64,000 nucleotides of DNA from Eledone cirrhosa. Taxonomy: Eukaryota. The stretch is from contig OZ024743.1 in NCBI GenBank assembly GCA_964016885.1, forward strand, positions 209,064,001-209,128,000, given 5' to 3'. Every line of letters starts with the position of its first letter. Positions within the stretch are counted from its first letter, which is position 1. Shown piece after piece: positions 39,701 through 56,600 of this stretch. A model generated the notes under the pieces. It searched no databases, was not told the origin of the DNA, and saw nothing but the letters and a program-made list of their open reading frames with translations. Position numbers and translations under genes: made by a program.

Positions 39701-42700
39701 GCCACACATGAAAGCTCTTCATACCATAAGATATACCACAGTTTACCATCCTATAGCCAGATGAAAGCTCTTCACTCCATAAGATATACCACAGTTTACC
39801 ATCCTATAGCCACGCATGAAAGCTCTTCACTCCATAAGATATACCACAGTTTACCTTCCTATAGCCACACATGAAATCTTTTAACTCCATAAGATATACC
39901 ACAGTTTACCATCCTATAGCCACAGATGAAAGCTGTTCACTCCATAAGATATACCACAGTTTACCATCCTATGGACACAGATGAAAGCTCTTCACTCCAT
40001 CAGATATAACACAGTTTACCATCCTATAGCCAGATGAAAGTTCTTCACTCCATAAGATATACCACAGTATACCACCCTATACCACATATGAAAGCTCTTC
40101 ACTCCATAAGATATACCACAGTTTACCATCCTATAGCCACAGATGAAAGCTCTTCACACCATAAGATATACCACAGTTTACCATCCTATAGCCAGATGAA
40201 AGCTCTTCACTCCATAAGATATACCACAGTTTACCATCCTATAGCCACGCATGAAAGCTCTTCACTCCATAAGATATACCACAGTTTACCTTCCTATAGC
40301 CACACATGAAATCTTTTCACTCCATAAGATATACCAGAGTTTACCATCCTATAGCCAGAGATGAAAGCTCTTCACTCCATAAGTTATACCACAGTTTACC
40401 ATCCTATAGCCACAGATGAAAGCTCTTCACTCCATAACATATACCACAGTTTACCATCCTATAGCCACACATGAGAGCTCTTCACTCCATAAGATATACC
40501 TCAGTTTACCATCCTATAGCCACACATGAAAGCTCTTCACTCCATAAGATATACCACAGTTTACCATCCTATAGCCAGATGAAAGCTTTTCAATCCATAA
40601 GATATACCAAAGTTTACCATCCTATAGCCACACATGAAAGCTCTTCACTCCATAAGATATACCACATTTTACCATCCTATAGCCACACGTGAAAGCTCTT
40701 CACTCCATAAGATATACCACAATTTACCATCCTATAGCCACATATGAAAGCTGTTCACTCCATAAGATATACCACAGTTTACCATCCGATAGCCACAGAT
40801 GAAAGCTGTTCATTCCATAAGATATACCACAGTTTACCATCCGATAGCCACACATGAAAGCTCTTCACTCCATAAGATATACCACAGTTTACCATCCTAT
40901 AGCCAGATGAAAGTTCTTCACTCCATAAGATATACCACAGTTTACCATCCTATGGCCACAGATGAAAGCTCTTCACTCCATAAGATATACCACAGTTTAC
41001 CATCCTATAGCCACACATGAAAGCTCTTCACTCCATAAGATATACCACAGTTTACCATCATATAGCCACAGATGAAATCTCTTCACTCCATAAGATATAA
41101 CACAGTTTACCATCCTATGGCCAGAGATGAAAGCTCTTCACTCCATAAGATATACGACAGTTTACCATCCTATAGCCACACATGAAAGCTCTTCACTCCA
41201 TAAGATATACCACAGTTTACCATCCTATAGCCACACATGAGCTCTTCACTCCATAAGATATACCACAGTTTACCATCCTATAGCCACACATGAAAGCTCT
41301 TCACTCCATAAGATATACCACAGTTTACCATCCTATAGCCAGATGAAAGCTTTTCAATACATAAGATATACCACAGTTTACCATCCTATAGCCACACATG
41401 AAAGCTCTTCATACCATAAGATATACCACAGTTTACCATCCTATAGCCAGATGAAAGCTCTTCACTCCATAAGATATACCACAGTTTACCATCCTATAGC
41501 CACGCATGAAAGCTCTTCACTCCATAAGATATACCACAGTTTACCTTCCTATAGCCACACATGAAATCTTTTAACTCCATAAGATATACCACAGTTTACC
41601 ATCCTATAGCCACAGATGAAAGCTGTTCACTCCATAAGATATACCACAGTTTACCATCCTATGGCCACAGATGAAAGCTCTTCACTCCATCAGATATAAC
41701 ACAGTTTACCATCCTATAGCCAGATGAAAGTTCTTCACTCCATAAGATATACCACAGTATACCACCCTATACCACATATGAAAGCTCTTCACTCCATAAG
41801 ATATACCACAGTTTACCATCCTATAGCCACAGATGAAAGCTCTTCACACCATAAGATATACCACAGTTTACCATCCTATAGCCAGATGAAAGCTCTTCAC
41901 TCCATAAGATATACCACAGTTTACCATCCTATAGCCACGCATGAAAGCTCTTCACTCCATAAGATATACCACAGTTTACCTTCCTATAGCCACACATGAA
42001 ATCTTTTCACTCCATAAGATATACCAGAGTTTACCATCCTATAGCCAGAGATGAAAGCTCTTCACTCCATAAGTTATACCACAGTTTACCATCCTATAGC
42101 CACAGATGAAAGCTCTTCACTCCATAACATCTACCACAGTTTACCATCCTATAGCCACACATGAGAGCTCTTCACTCCATAAGATATACCTCAGTTTACC
42201 ATCCTATAGCCACACATGAAAGCTCTTCACTCCATAAGATATACCACAGTTTACCATCCTATAGCCAGATGAAAGCTTTTCAATCCATAAGATATACCAA
42301 AGTTTACCATCCTATAGCCACACATGAAAGCTCTTCACTCCATAAGATATACCACATTTTACCATCCTATAGCCACACGTGAAAGCTCTTCACTCCATAA
42401 GATATACCACAATTTACCATCCTATAGCCACATATGAAAGCTGTTCACTCCATAAGATATACCACAGTTTACCATCCGATAGCCACAGATGAAAGCTGTT
42501 CATTCCATAAGATATACCACAGTTTACCATCCGATAGCCACACATGAAAGCTCTTCACTCCATAAGATATACCACAGTTTACCATCCTATAGCCAGATGA
42601 AAGTTCTTCACTCCATAAGATATACCACAGTTTACCATCCTATGGCCACAGATGAAAGCTCTTCACTCCATAAGATATACCACAGTTTACCATCCTATAG

Positions 42701-44650
42701 CCACACATGAAAGCTCTTCACTCCATAAGATATACCACAGTTTACCATCATATAGCCACAGATGAAATCTCTTCACTCCATAAGATATAACACAGTTTAC
42801 CATCCTATGGCCAGAGATGAAAGCTCTTCACTCCATAAGATATACGACAGTTTACCATCCTATAGCCACACATGAAAGCTGTTCACTCCATAAGATATAC
42901 CACAGTTTACCATCCTATAGCCATAGATGAAAGCTCTTCACTCCATAAGATATACGACAGTTTACCATCCTATAGCCAGATGAAAGCTCTTAAATCCATA
43001 AGATATACCACAGTTTACCATCCTATAGCCACACATGAAAGCTCTTCACTCCATAAGATATACCACAGTTTACCATCATATAGCCACACATGAAAGCTCT
43101 TCACTCCATAAGATATACCACAGTTTACCATTCTATAGACACAGATGAAAGCTCTTCACTCCATAAGATATACCACAGTTTACTATCCTATAGCCAGATG
43201 AAAGCTTTTCACTCCATAAGATATACCACAGTTTACTATCCTATGCCCACAGATGAAAGCTCTTCACTCCATAAGAAATACCACAGTTTACCATCCTATA
43301 GCCACACATGAAAGCTCTTCACTCCATAAGATATACCACCGTTTACCATCCTATGGCCACAGATGAAAGCTCTTCACTCCATAAGATATACCACAGTTTA
43401 CCACCCTATGGCCACAGATGAAAGCTCTTCATTCCATAAGATATACGAAAGTTTACCATCCTATAACCACACCACGGATGAAAGCTCTTCACTCCATAAG
43501 AAATACCACAGTTTACCATCCTATAGCCACAGATGATAGCTCTTCACTCCATAAGATAAACCACAGTTTACCATCCTATAGCCACAGATGAAAGCTCTTC
43601 ACTCCATAAGATATACCACAGTTTACCATCCTATAGCCACAGATGAAAGCTATTCACTCCATAAGATATACCACATTTTACCATCCTATAGCCACACATG
43701 AAAGTTATTCACTCCATAAGATATACCACAGTTTACCATCCTATAGCCACACATGGAAGGTCTTCACTCCATAAGATATACCACAGTTTACCATCCTATA
43801 GGCTCAGATGAAAGCTCTTCACTCCATAAGATATACCACAGTTTACCATCCTATAGCCAGATGAAAGCTTTTCAATACATAAGATATACCACAGTTTACC
43901 ATCCTATAGCCACACATGAAAGCTCTTCACTCCATAAGATATACCACAGTTTACCATCCTATAGCCACACATGAAAGCTCTTAACTCCATAAGATATACC
44001 ACAGTTTACCATCCTATAGCCACACATGAAAGCTCTTCACTCCATAAGATATACCACAGTTTACCATCCTATAGCCACAGATGAAAGCTCTTCACTCCAT
44101 AAGATATACCACAGTTTACCATCCTATAGCCACACATGAAAGCTCTTCACTCCATAAGATATACCACAGTTTACCATCCTATAGCCACACATGAAAGCTC
44201 TTCACTCCATAAGATATACCACAGTTTACCATCCTATAGCCACACATGAGCTCTTCACTCCATAAGATATACCACAGTTTACCATCCTATAGCCACACAT
44301 GAAAGCTCTTCACTCCATAAGATATACCACAGTTTACCATCCTATAGCCAGATGAAAGCTTTTCAATACATAAGATATACCACAGTTTACCATCCTATAG
44401 CCACACATGAAAGCTCTTCATACCATAAGATATACCACAGTTTACCATCCTATAGCCAGATGAAAGCTCTTCACTCCATAAGATATACCACAGTTTACCA
44501 TCCTATAGCCACGCATGAAAGCTCTTCACTCCATAAGATATACCACAGTTTACCTTCCTATAGCCACACATGAAATCTTTTAACTCCATAAGATATACCA
44601 CAGTTTACCATCCTATAGCCACAGATGAAAGCTGTTCACTCCATAAGATA
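36780..44650. repeat. Nested duplications of 3,172, 1,690 and ~4,700-4,860 bp
   Basis: 36862/37299/37627 recur at +3172 and again at a further +1690. 38010/38228 recur at +4862. 39054/39653 recur at +4699. Confidence 0.82.
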
Positions 44651-47600
44651 TACCATAGTTTACCATCCTATAGCCACAGATGAAAGCTCTTCACTCCATA
44701 ACATATACCACACTTTACCATCCTATAGCCACACATGAGCTCTTCACTCCATAAGATATACCACAGTTTACCATCCTATAGCCACACATGAAAGCTCTTC
44801 ACTCCATAAGATATACCAGAGTTTACCATCCTATAGGCACAGATGAAAGCTCTTCACTCCATAAGTTATACCACAGTTTACCATCCTATAGCCACAGATG
44901 AAAGCTCTTCACTCCATAACATATACCACAGTTTACCATCCTATAGCCACACATGAGAGCTCTTCACTCCATAAGATATATCTCAGTTTACCATCCTATA
45001 GCCACACATGAAAGCTCTTCACTCCATAACATATACCACAGTTTACCATCCTATAGCCAGATGAAAGCTTTTCAATCCATAAGATATACCAAAGTTTACC
45101 ATCCTATAGCCACACATGAAAGCTCTTCACTCCATAAGATATAACACATTTTACCATCCTATAGCCACACGTGAAAGCTCTTCACTCCATAAGATATACC
45201 ACAGTTTACCATCCTATAGCCACAGATGAAAGCTCTTCACTCCATAAGATATACCACAGTTTACCATCCTATAGCCACATATGAAAGCTGTTCACTCCAT
45301 AAGATATACCACAGTTTACCATCCCATAGCCACAGATGAAAGCTGTTCACTCCATAAGATATACCACAGTTTACCATCCGATAGCCACACATGAAAGCTC
45401 TTCACTCCATAAGATATACCACAGTTTACCATCCTATAGCCAGATGAAAGTTCTTCACTCCATAAGATATACCACAGTTTACCATCCTATAGCCACACAT
45501 GAAAGCTCTTCACTCCATAAGATATACCACAGTTTACCATCCTATGGCCACAGATGAAAGTTCTTCACTCCATAAGATATACCACAGTTTACCATCCTAT
45601 AGCCACACATGAAAGCTCTTCACTCCATAAGATATACCACAGTTTACCATCCTATGGCCACAGATGAAAGCTCTTCACTCCATAAGATATACCACAGTTT
45701 ACCATCCTATAGCCACACATGAAAGCTCTTCACTCCATAAGATATACCACAGTTTACCATCATATAGCCACAGATAAAATCTCTTCACTCCATAAGATAT
45801 AACACAGTTTACCATCCTATGGCCAGAGATGAAAGCTCTTCACTCCATAAGATATACCACAGTTTACCATCCTATAGCCACACATGAAAGCTGTTCACTC
45901 CATAAGATATACGACAGTTTACCATCCTATAGCCAGATGAAAGCTCTTAAATCCATAAGATATACCACAGTTTACCATTCTATAGACACAGATGAAAGCT
46001 CTTCACTCCATAAGATATACCACAGTTTACTATCCTATAGCCAGAAGAAAGGTTTTCACTCCATAAGATATACCACAGTTTACCATCCTATGCCCACAGA
46101 TGAAAGCTCTTCACTCCATAAGAAATACCACAGTTTACCATCCTATAGCCACACATGAAAGCTCTTCACTCCATAAGATATACCACCGTTTACCATCCTA
46201 TGGCCACAGATGAAAGCTCTTCACTCCATAAGATATACCACAGTTTACCACCCTATGGCCACAGATGAAAGCTCTTCACTCCATAAGATATACGAAAGTT
46301 TACCTTCCTATAACCACACCACGGATGAAAGCTCTTCACTCCATAAGATATACCACAGTTTACCATCCTATAGCCACAGATGAAAGCTCTTCACTCTATA
46401 AGATATACCACAGTTTACCATCTTATAGTCACACATGAAAGCTCTTCACTCCATAAGATATACCACAGTTTACCATCCTATAGCCAGATGAAAGCTCTTC
46501 ACTCCATAAGAAATACCACAGTTTACCATCCTATAGCCACAGATGAAAGCTCTTCACTCCATAAGATATACCACAGTTTACCATCCTATAGCCACAGATG
46601 AAAGCTATTCACTCCATAAGATATACCACATTTTACCATCCTATAGCCGCACATGAAAGTTCTTCACTCCATAAGATATACCACAGTTTACCATCGTATA
46701 GCCACACATGGAAGCTCTTCACTCCATAAGATATACCACAGTTTACCATCCTATAGGCTCAGATGAAAGCTCTTCACTCCATAAGATATACCACAGTTTA
46801 CCATCCTATAGCCACAGATGAAAGCTCTTCACTCCATAACATATACCACACTTTACCATCCTATAGCCACACATGAGCTCTTCACTCCATAAGATATACC
46901 ACAGTTTACCATCCTATAGCCACACATGAAAGCTCTTCACTCCATAAGATATACCACAGTTTACCATCCTATAGCCAGATGAAAGCTTTCAATCCATAAG
47001 ATATACCACAGTTTACCATCCTATAGCCACACATGAAAGCTCTTCACTCCATAAGATATACCACAGTTTACCATCCTATAGCCACACATGAAAACTCTTC
47101 ACTCCATAAGATATACCACAGTTTACCATCCTATGGACAGAGATGAAAGCTCTTCACTCCATAAGATATACCACAGTTTACCATCCTATAGCCACACATG
47201 AAAGCTCTTCACTCCATAAGATATACCACAGTTTACCATCCTATGGCCACAGATGAAAGCTCTTCACTCCATCAGATATAACACAGTTTACCACCCTATA
47301 GCCACACATGGAAGATCTTCACTCCATAAGATATACCACAGTTTACCATCCGATAGCCACACATGAAAGCTCTTCATTCCATAAGATATACCACAGTTTA
47401 CCATCCTATAGCCCGATGAAAGTTCTTCACTCCATAAGATATACCACAGTATACCATCCTATAGCCACATATGAAAGCTCTTCACTCCATAAGATATACC
47501 ACAGTTTACCATTCTATAGCCACAGATGAAAGCTCTTCACACCATAAGATATACCACAGTTTACCATCCTATAGCCAGATGAAAGCTCTTCACTCCATAA

Positions 47601-50600
47601 GATATACCACAGTTTACCATCCTATAGCCACGCATGAAAGCTCTTCACTCCATAAGATATACCACAGTTTACCTTCCTATAGCCACAGATGAAAGCTGTT
47701 CACTCCATAAGATATACCACAGTTTACCATCCGATAGCCACAGATGAAAGCTGTTCACTCCATAAGATATACCACAGTTTACCATCCTATAGCCAGATGA
47801 AAGCTTTTCAATCCATAAGATATACCACAGTTTACCATCCTATAGCCACACATGAAAGCTCTTCACTCCATAAGATATACCACATTTTACCATCCTATAG
47901 CCACACGTGAAAGCTCTTCACTCCATAAGATATACCACAGTTTACCATCCTATAGCCACACATGAAAGCTCTTCACTCCATAAGATATACCACAGTTTAC
48001 CATCCTATGGCCACAGATGAAAGCTCTTCACTCCATAAGATATACCACAGTTTACCATCCTATAACCACACCACGGATGAAAGCTCTTCACTCCATAAGA
48101 TATACCACAGTTTACCATCCTATAACCAGATGAAAGTTCTTCACTCCATAAGATATACCACAGTTTACCATCCTATAGCCACACATGAAAGCTCTTCACT
48201 CCATAAGATATACCACAGTTTACCATCCTATGGCCACAGATGAAAGCTCTTCACTCCATAAGATATACCACAGTTTACCATCCTATAGCCACACATGAAA
48301 GCTCTTCACTCCATGAGATATACCACAGTTTACCATCATATAGCCACAGATGAAATCTCTTCACTCCATAAGATATACCACAGTTTACCATCCTATAGCC
48401 ACACATCAAAGCTCTTCACTCCATAAGATATACCACAGTTTACCATCCTAGAGCCACACATGAAAGCTCTTCACTCCATAACATATACCACAGTTTACCA
48501 TCATATAGCCACAGATGAAATCTCTTCACTCCATAAGATATACCACAGTTTACCATCCTATAGCCACAGATGAAAGCTCTTCACTCCATAAGATATACCA
48601 CAGTTTACCATCCTATAGCCACAGATGAAAGCTGTTCACTCCATAAGATATACCACAGTTTACCATCCGATAGCCACAGATGAAAGCTGTTCACTCCATA
48701 AGATATACCACAGTTTACCATCCGATAGCCACACATGAAAGCTCTTCACTCCATAAGATATACCACAGTTTACCATCCTATAGCCAGATGAAAGTTCTTC
48801 ACTCCATAAGATATACCACAGTTTACCATCCTATAGCCACACATGAAAGCTCTTCACTCCATAAGATATACCACAGTTTACCATCCTATGGCCACAGATG
48901 AAAGCTCTTCACTCCATAAGATATACCACAGTTTACCATCCTATAGCCACACATGAAAGCTCTTCACTCCATAAGATATACCACAGTTTACCATCATATA
49001 GCCACAGATGAAATCTCTTCACTCCATAAGATATAACACAGTTTACCATCCTATGGCCAGAGATGAAAGCTCTTCACTCCATAAGATATACCACAGTTTA
49101 CCATCCTATAGCCACACATGAAAGCTGTTCACTCCATAAGATATACCACAGTTTACCATCCTATAGCCATAGATGAAAGCTCTTCACTCCATAAGATATA
49201 CCACAGTTTACCATCCTATAGCCACACATGAAAGCTCTTCACTCCATAAGATATACCACAGTTTACCATTCTATAGACACAGATGAAAGCTCTTCACTCC
49301 ATAAGATATACCACAGTTTACCATCCTATGCCCACAGATGAAAGCTCTTCACTCCATAAGAAATACCACAGTTTACCATCCTATAGCCACACATGAAAGC
49401 TCTTCACTCCATAAGATATACCACCGTTTACCATCCTATGGCCACAGATGAAAGCTCTTCACTCCATAAGATATACCACAGTTTACCACCCTATGGCCAC
49501 AGATGAAAGCTCTTCACTCCATAAGATATACAAAAGTTTACCATCCTATAACCACACCACGGATGAAAGCTCTTCACTCCATAAGATATACCACAGTTTA
49601 CCATCCTATAGCCACAGATGAAAGCTCTTCACTCTATAAGATATACCACAGTTTACCATCTTATAGTCACACATGAAAGCTCTTCACTCCATAAGATATA
49701 CCACAGTTTACCATCCTATAGCCAGATGAAAGCTCTTCACTCCATAAGAAATACCACAGTTTACCATCCTATAGCCACAGATGAAAGCTCTTCACTCCAT
49801 AAGATATACCACAGTTTACCATCCTATAGCCACAGATGAAAGCTCTTCACTCCATAAGATATACCACAGTTTACCATCCTATAGCCACACATGGAAGCTC
49901 TTCACTCCATAAGATATACCACAGTTTACCATCCTATAGGCTCAGAAGAAAGCTCTTCACTCCATAAGATATACCACAGTTTAACATCCTATAGCCACAG
50001 ATGAAAGCTCTTCACTCCACAACATATACCACACTTTACCATCCTATAGCCACACATGAGCTCTTCACTCCATAAGATATACCACAGTTTACCATCCTAT
50101 AGCCACACATGAAAGCTCTTCACTCCATAAGATATACCACAGTTTACCATCCTATAGCCAGATGAAAGCTTTTCAATCCATAAGATATACCACAGTTTAC
50201 CATCCTATAGCCACACATGAAAGCTCTTCACTCCATAAGATATACCACAGTTTACCATCCTATAGCCACACATGAAAACTCTTCACTCCATAAGATATAC
50301 CACAGTTTACCATCCTATGGACAGAGATGAAAGCTCTTCACTCCATAAGATATACCACAGTTTACCATCCTATAGCCACACATGGAAGCTCTTCACTCCA
50401 TAAGATATACCACAGTTTACCATCCGATAGCCACACATGAAAGCTCTTCACTCCATAAGATATACCACAGTTTACCATCCTATAGCCAGATGAAAGTTCT
50501 TCACTCCATAAGATATACCACAGTATACCATCCTATAGCCACATATGAAAGCTCTTCACTCCATAAGATATACCACAGTTTACCATCCTATAGCCACAGA

Positions 50601-53600
50601 TGAAAGCTCTTCACACCATAAGATATACCACAGTTTACCATCCTATAGCCAGATGAAAGCTCTTCACTCCATAAGATATACCACGGTTTACCATCCTATA
50701 GCCACGCATGAAATCTCTTCACTCCATAAGATATACCACAGTTTACCTTCCTATAGCCACACATGAAATCTTTTCACTCCATAAGATATACCAGAGTTTA
50801 CCATCCTATAGCCACAGATGAAAGCTCTTCACTCCATAAGATATACCACAGTTTACCATCCTATAGCCAGATGAAAGCTCTTCACTCCATAAGATATACC
50901 ACAGTTTACCACCCTATGGCCACAGATGAAAGCTCTTCACTCCATAAATTATACCACAGTTTACCATCCTATAGCCACGCCACGGATGAAAGCTCTTCAC
51001 TCCATAAGATATACCACAGTTTACCATCCTATAGCCACAGATGAAAGCTGTTCACTCCATAAGATATACCACAGTTTACCATCCTATAGCCAGATGAAAG
51101 CTCTTCACTCCATAAGATATACAACAGTTTACCATCATATAGCCACACATGAGAGCTCTTCACTCCATAAGATATACCTCAGTTTACCATCCTATAGCCA
51201 CACATGAAAGCTCTTCACTCCATAAGATATACCACAGTTTACCATCCTATAGCCAGATGAAAGCTTTTCAATCCATAAGATATACCACAGTTTACCATCC
51301 TATAGCCACACATGAAAGCTCTTCACTCCATAAGATATACCACATTTTACCATCCTATAGCCACACGTGAAAGCTCTTCACTCCATAAGATATACCACAG
51401 TTTACCATCCTATAGCCACACATGAAACCTCTTTACTCCATAAGATATACCACAGTTTACCATCATATAGCCACAGATGAAATCTCTTCACTCCATAAGA
51501 TATAACACAGTTTACCATCCTATGGCCAGAGATGAAATCTCTTCACTCCATAAGATATACCACAGTTTACCATCCTATAGCCACACATGAAAGCTGTTCA
51601 CTCCATAAGATATACCACAGTTTACCATCCTATAGCCATAGATGAAAGCTCTTCACTCCATAAGATATACGACAGTTTACCAGCCTATAGCCAGATGAAA
51701 GCTCTTAAATCCATAAGATATACCACAGTTTACCATCCTATAGCCACACATGAAAGCTCTTCACTCGATAAGATATACCACAGTTTACCATCATATAGCC
51801 ACACATGAAAGCTCTTCACTCCATAAGATATACCACAGTTTACCATTCTATAGACACAGATGAAAGCTCTTCACTCCATAAGATATACCACAGTTTACTA
51901 TCCTATAGCCAGATGAAAGCTTTTCACTCCATCAGATATACCACAGTTTACCATCCTATGCCCACAGATGAAAGCTCTTCACTCCATAAGAAATACCACA
52001 GTTTACCATCCTATAGCCACACATGAAAGCTCTTCACTCCATAAGATATACCACCGTTTACCATCCTATGGCCACAGATGAAAGCTCTTCACTCCATAAG
52101 ATATACCACAGTTTACCACCCTATGGCCACAGATGAAAGCTCTTCACTCCATAAGATATACAAAAGTTTACCATCCTATAGCCACACCACGGATGAAAGC
52201 TCTTCACTCCATAAGATATACCACAGTTTACCATCCTATAGACACAGATGAAGGTTCTTCACTCTATAAGATATACCACAGTTTACCATCTTATAGTCAC
52301 ACATGAAAGCTCTTCACTCCATAAGATATACCACAGTTTACCATCCTATAGCCAGATGAAAGCTCTTCACTCCATAAGATATACCACAGTTTACCATCCT
52401 ATAGCCACAGATGATAGCTCTTCACTCCATAAGATAAACCACAGTTTACCATCCTATAGGCTCAGATGAAAGCTCTTCACTCCATAAGATATACCACAGT
52501 TTACCATCCTATAGCCACAGATGAAAGCTCTTCACTCCATTACATATACCACACTTTACCATCCTATAGCCACACATGAGCTCTTCACTCCATAAGATAT
52601 ACCACAGTTTACCATCCTATAGCCACACATGAAAGCTCTTCACTCCATAAGATATACCACAGTTTACCATCCTATAGCCAGATGAAAGCTTTTCAATCCA
52701 TAAGATATACCACAGTTTACCATCCTATAGCCACACATGAAAGCTCTTCACTCCATAAGATATACCACAGTTTACCATCCTATAGTCACACATGAAAGCT
52801 CTTCACTCCATAAGATATACCACAGTTTACCATCCTATAGCCAGATGAAAGCTCTTCACTCCATAAGATATACCACAGTTTACCATCCTATAGCCACAGA
52901 TGATAGCTCTTCACTCCATAAGATAAACCACAGTTTACCATCCTATAGCCACAGATGAAAGCTGTTCACTCCATAAGATATACCACAGTTTACCATCCGA
53001 TAGCCACACATGAAAGCTCTTCACTCCATAAGATATACCACACTTTACCATCCTATGGCCACAGATGAAAGCTCTTCACTCCATAAGATATACCACAGTT
53101 TACCATCCTATAGCCACACATGAAAGCTCTTCACTCCATAAGATATACCACAGTTTACCATCATATAGCCACAGATGAAATCTCTTCACTCCATAAGATA
53201 TACCACAGTTTACCATCCTATAGCCACACATCAAAGCTCTTCACTCCATAAGATATACCACAGTTTACCATCCTATAGCCAGATGAAAGCTCTTCACTCC
53301 ATAAGATATACCACAGTTTACCATCCTATAGCCACAGATGATAGCTCTTCACTCCATAAGATAAACCACAGTTTACCATCCTATAGCCACAGATGAAAGC
53401 TCTTCACTCCATAAGATATACCACAGTTTACCATCCTATAGCCACAGATGAAAGCTATTCACTCCATAAGATATACCACATTTTACCATCCTATAGCCAC
53501 ACATGAAAGATCTTCACTCCATAAGATATACCACAGTTTACCATCCTATAGCCACACATGGAAGCTCTTCACTCCATAAGATATACCACAGTTTACCATC

Positions 53601-56600
53601 CTATAGGCTCAGATGAAAGCTCTTCACTCCATAAGATATACCACAGTTTACCATCCTATAGCCACAGATGAAAGCTCTTCACTCCATAACATATACCACA
53701 CTTTACCATCCTATAGCCACACATGAGCTCTTCACTCCATAAGATATACCACAGTTTACCATCCTATAGCCACACATGAAAGCTCTTCACTCCATAAGAT
53801 ATACCACAGTTTACCATCCTATAGCCACACATGAAAGCTCTTCACTCTATAAGATATACCACAGTTTACCATCCTATAGCCACACATGAAAGCTCTTCAC
53901 TCCATAAGATATACCACAGTTTACCATCCTATAGCCACACATGAAAGCTCTTCACTCCATAAGATATACCACAGTTTACCATCCTATAGCCACACATGAA
54001 AGTTCTTAACTCCATAAGATATACCACAGTTTACCATCCTATAGCCACACATGAAAACTCTTCACTCCATAAGATATACCACAGTTTACCATCCTATGGC
54101 CAGAGATGAAAGCTCTTCACTCCATAAGATATACCACAGTTTACCATCATATAGCCACAGATGAAAGCTCTTCACTCCATAAGATATACCACAGTTTACC
54201 ATCCTATAGCCACAGATGAAAGCTGTTCACTCCATAAGATATACCACAGTTTACCATCCGATAGCCACACATGAAAGCTCTTCACTCCATAAGATATACC
54301 ACAGTTTACCATCCGATAGCCACACATGAAAGCTCTTCACTCCATAAGATATAACACAGTTTACCATCCTATGGCCACAGATGAAATCTCTTCACTCCAT
54401 AAGATATACCACAGTTTGCCATCCTATAGCCACACATGAAAGCTGTTCACTCCATAAGATATACCACAGTTTACCATCCTATAGCCATAGATGAAAGCTC
54501 TTCACTCCATAAGATATACGACAGTTTACCATCCTATAGCCAGATGAAAGCTCTTAAATCCATAAGATATACCACAGTTTACCATCCTATAGCCACATAT
54601 GAAAGCTCTTCACTCCATAAGATATACCACAGTTTACCATCATATAGCCACACATGAAAGCTCTTCACTCCATAAGATATACCACAGTTTACCATTCTAT
54701 AGACACAGATGAAAGCTCTTCACTCCATAAGATATACCACAGTTTACTATCCTATAGCCAGATGAAAGCTTTTCACTCCATCAGATATACCACAGTTTAC
54801 CATCCTATGCCCACAGATGAAAGCTCTTCACTCCATAAGAAATACCACAGTTTACCATCCTATAGCCACACATGAAAGCTCTTCACTCCATAAGATATAC
54901 CACCGTTTACCATCCTATGGCCACAGATGAAAGCTCTTCACTCCATAAGATATACCACAGTTTACCATCCTATAGACACAGATGAAAGCTCTTCACTCTA
55001 TAAGATATACCACAGTTTACCATCTTATAGTCACACATGAAAGCTCTTCACTCCATAAGATATACCACAGTTTACCATCCTATAGCCAGATGAAAGCTCT
55101 TCACTCCATAAGATATACCACAGTTTACCATCCTATAGCCACAGATGATAGCTCTTCACTCCATAAGATCAACCACAGTTTACCATCCTATAGCCACAGA
55201 TGAAAGCTCTTCACTCCATAAGATATACCACAGTTTACCATCCTATAGCCACAGATGAAAGCTGTTCACTCCATAAGATATACCACATTTTACCATCCTA
55301 TAGCCACACATGAAAGTTCTTCACTCCATAAGATATACCACAGTTTACCATCCTATAGCCACACATGAAAGCTCTTCACTCCAAAATATATACCACAGTT
55401 TACCATCCTATAGCCAGATGAAAGCTCTTCACTCCATAAGATATACCACAGTTTACCATCCTATAGCCATGCATGAAAGCTCTTCACTCCATAAGATATA
55501 CCACAGTTTACCATCCTATAGCCACACATGAAAGCTCTTCACTCCATAAGATATACCACAGTTTACCATCCTATAGCCACAGATGAAAGCTCTTCACTCC
55601 ATAAGATATACCACAGTTTACCATCCTATAGCCACAGATGAAAGCTGTTCACTCCATAAGATATACCACAGTTTACCATCCGATAGCCACACATGAAAGC
55701 TCTTCACTCCATAAGATATACCACAGTTTACCATCCTATAGCCAGATGAAAGTTCTTCACTCCATAAGATATACCACAGTTTACCATCCTATAGCCACAC
55801 ATGAAAGCTCTTCACTCCATAAGATATACCACAGTTTACCATCCTATGGCCACAGATGAAAGCTGTTCACTCCATAAGATATACCACAGTTTACCATCCT
55901 ATAGCCACACATGGAAGCTCTTCACTCCATAAGATATACCACAGTTTACCATCCTATAGCCACACATGAAAGCTCTTCACTCCATAAGATATACCACAGT
56001 TTACCATCCTATGGCCACAGATGAAAGCTCTTCACTCCATAAGATATACCACAGTTTACCATCCTATAGCCAGATGAAAGTTCTTCACTCCATAAGATAT
56101 ACCACAGTTTACCATCCTATAGCCACACATGAAAGCTCTTCACTCCATAAGATATACCACAGTTTACCATCCTATGGCCACAGATGAAAGCTCTTCACTC
56201 CATAAGATATACCACAATTTACCATCCTATAGCCACACATGGAAGCTCTTCACTCCATAAGATATACCACAGTTTACCATCCTATAGCCACACATGAAAG
56301 CTCTTCACTCCATAAGATATACCACAGTTTACCATCCTATAGCCAGATGAAAGTTCTTCACTCCATAAGATATACCACAGTTTACCATCCTATAGCCATG
56401 CATGAAAGCTCTTCACTCCATAAGATATACCACAGTTTACCATCCTATAGCCACACATGAAAGCTCTTCACTCCATAACATATACCACAGTTTACCATCC
56501 TATAGTCACACATGAGAGCTCTTCACTCCATAAGATATACCACAGTTTACCATCCTATAGCCACACATGAAAGCTCTTCACTCCATAAGATATACCACAG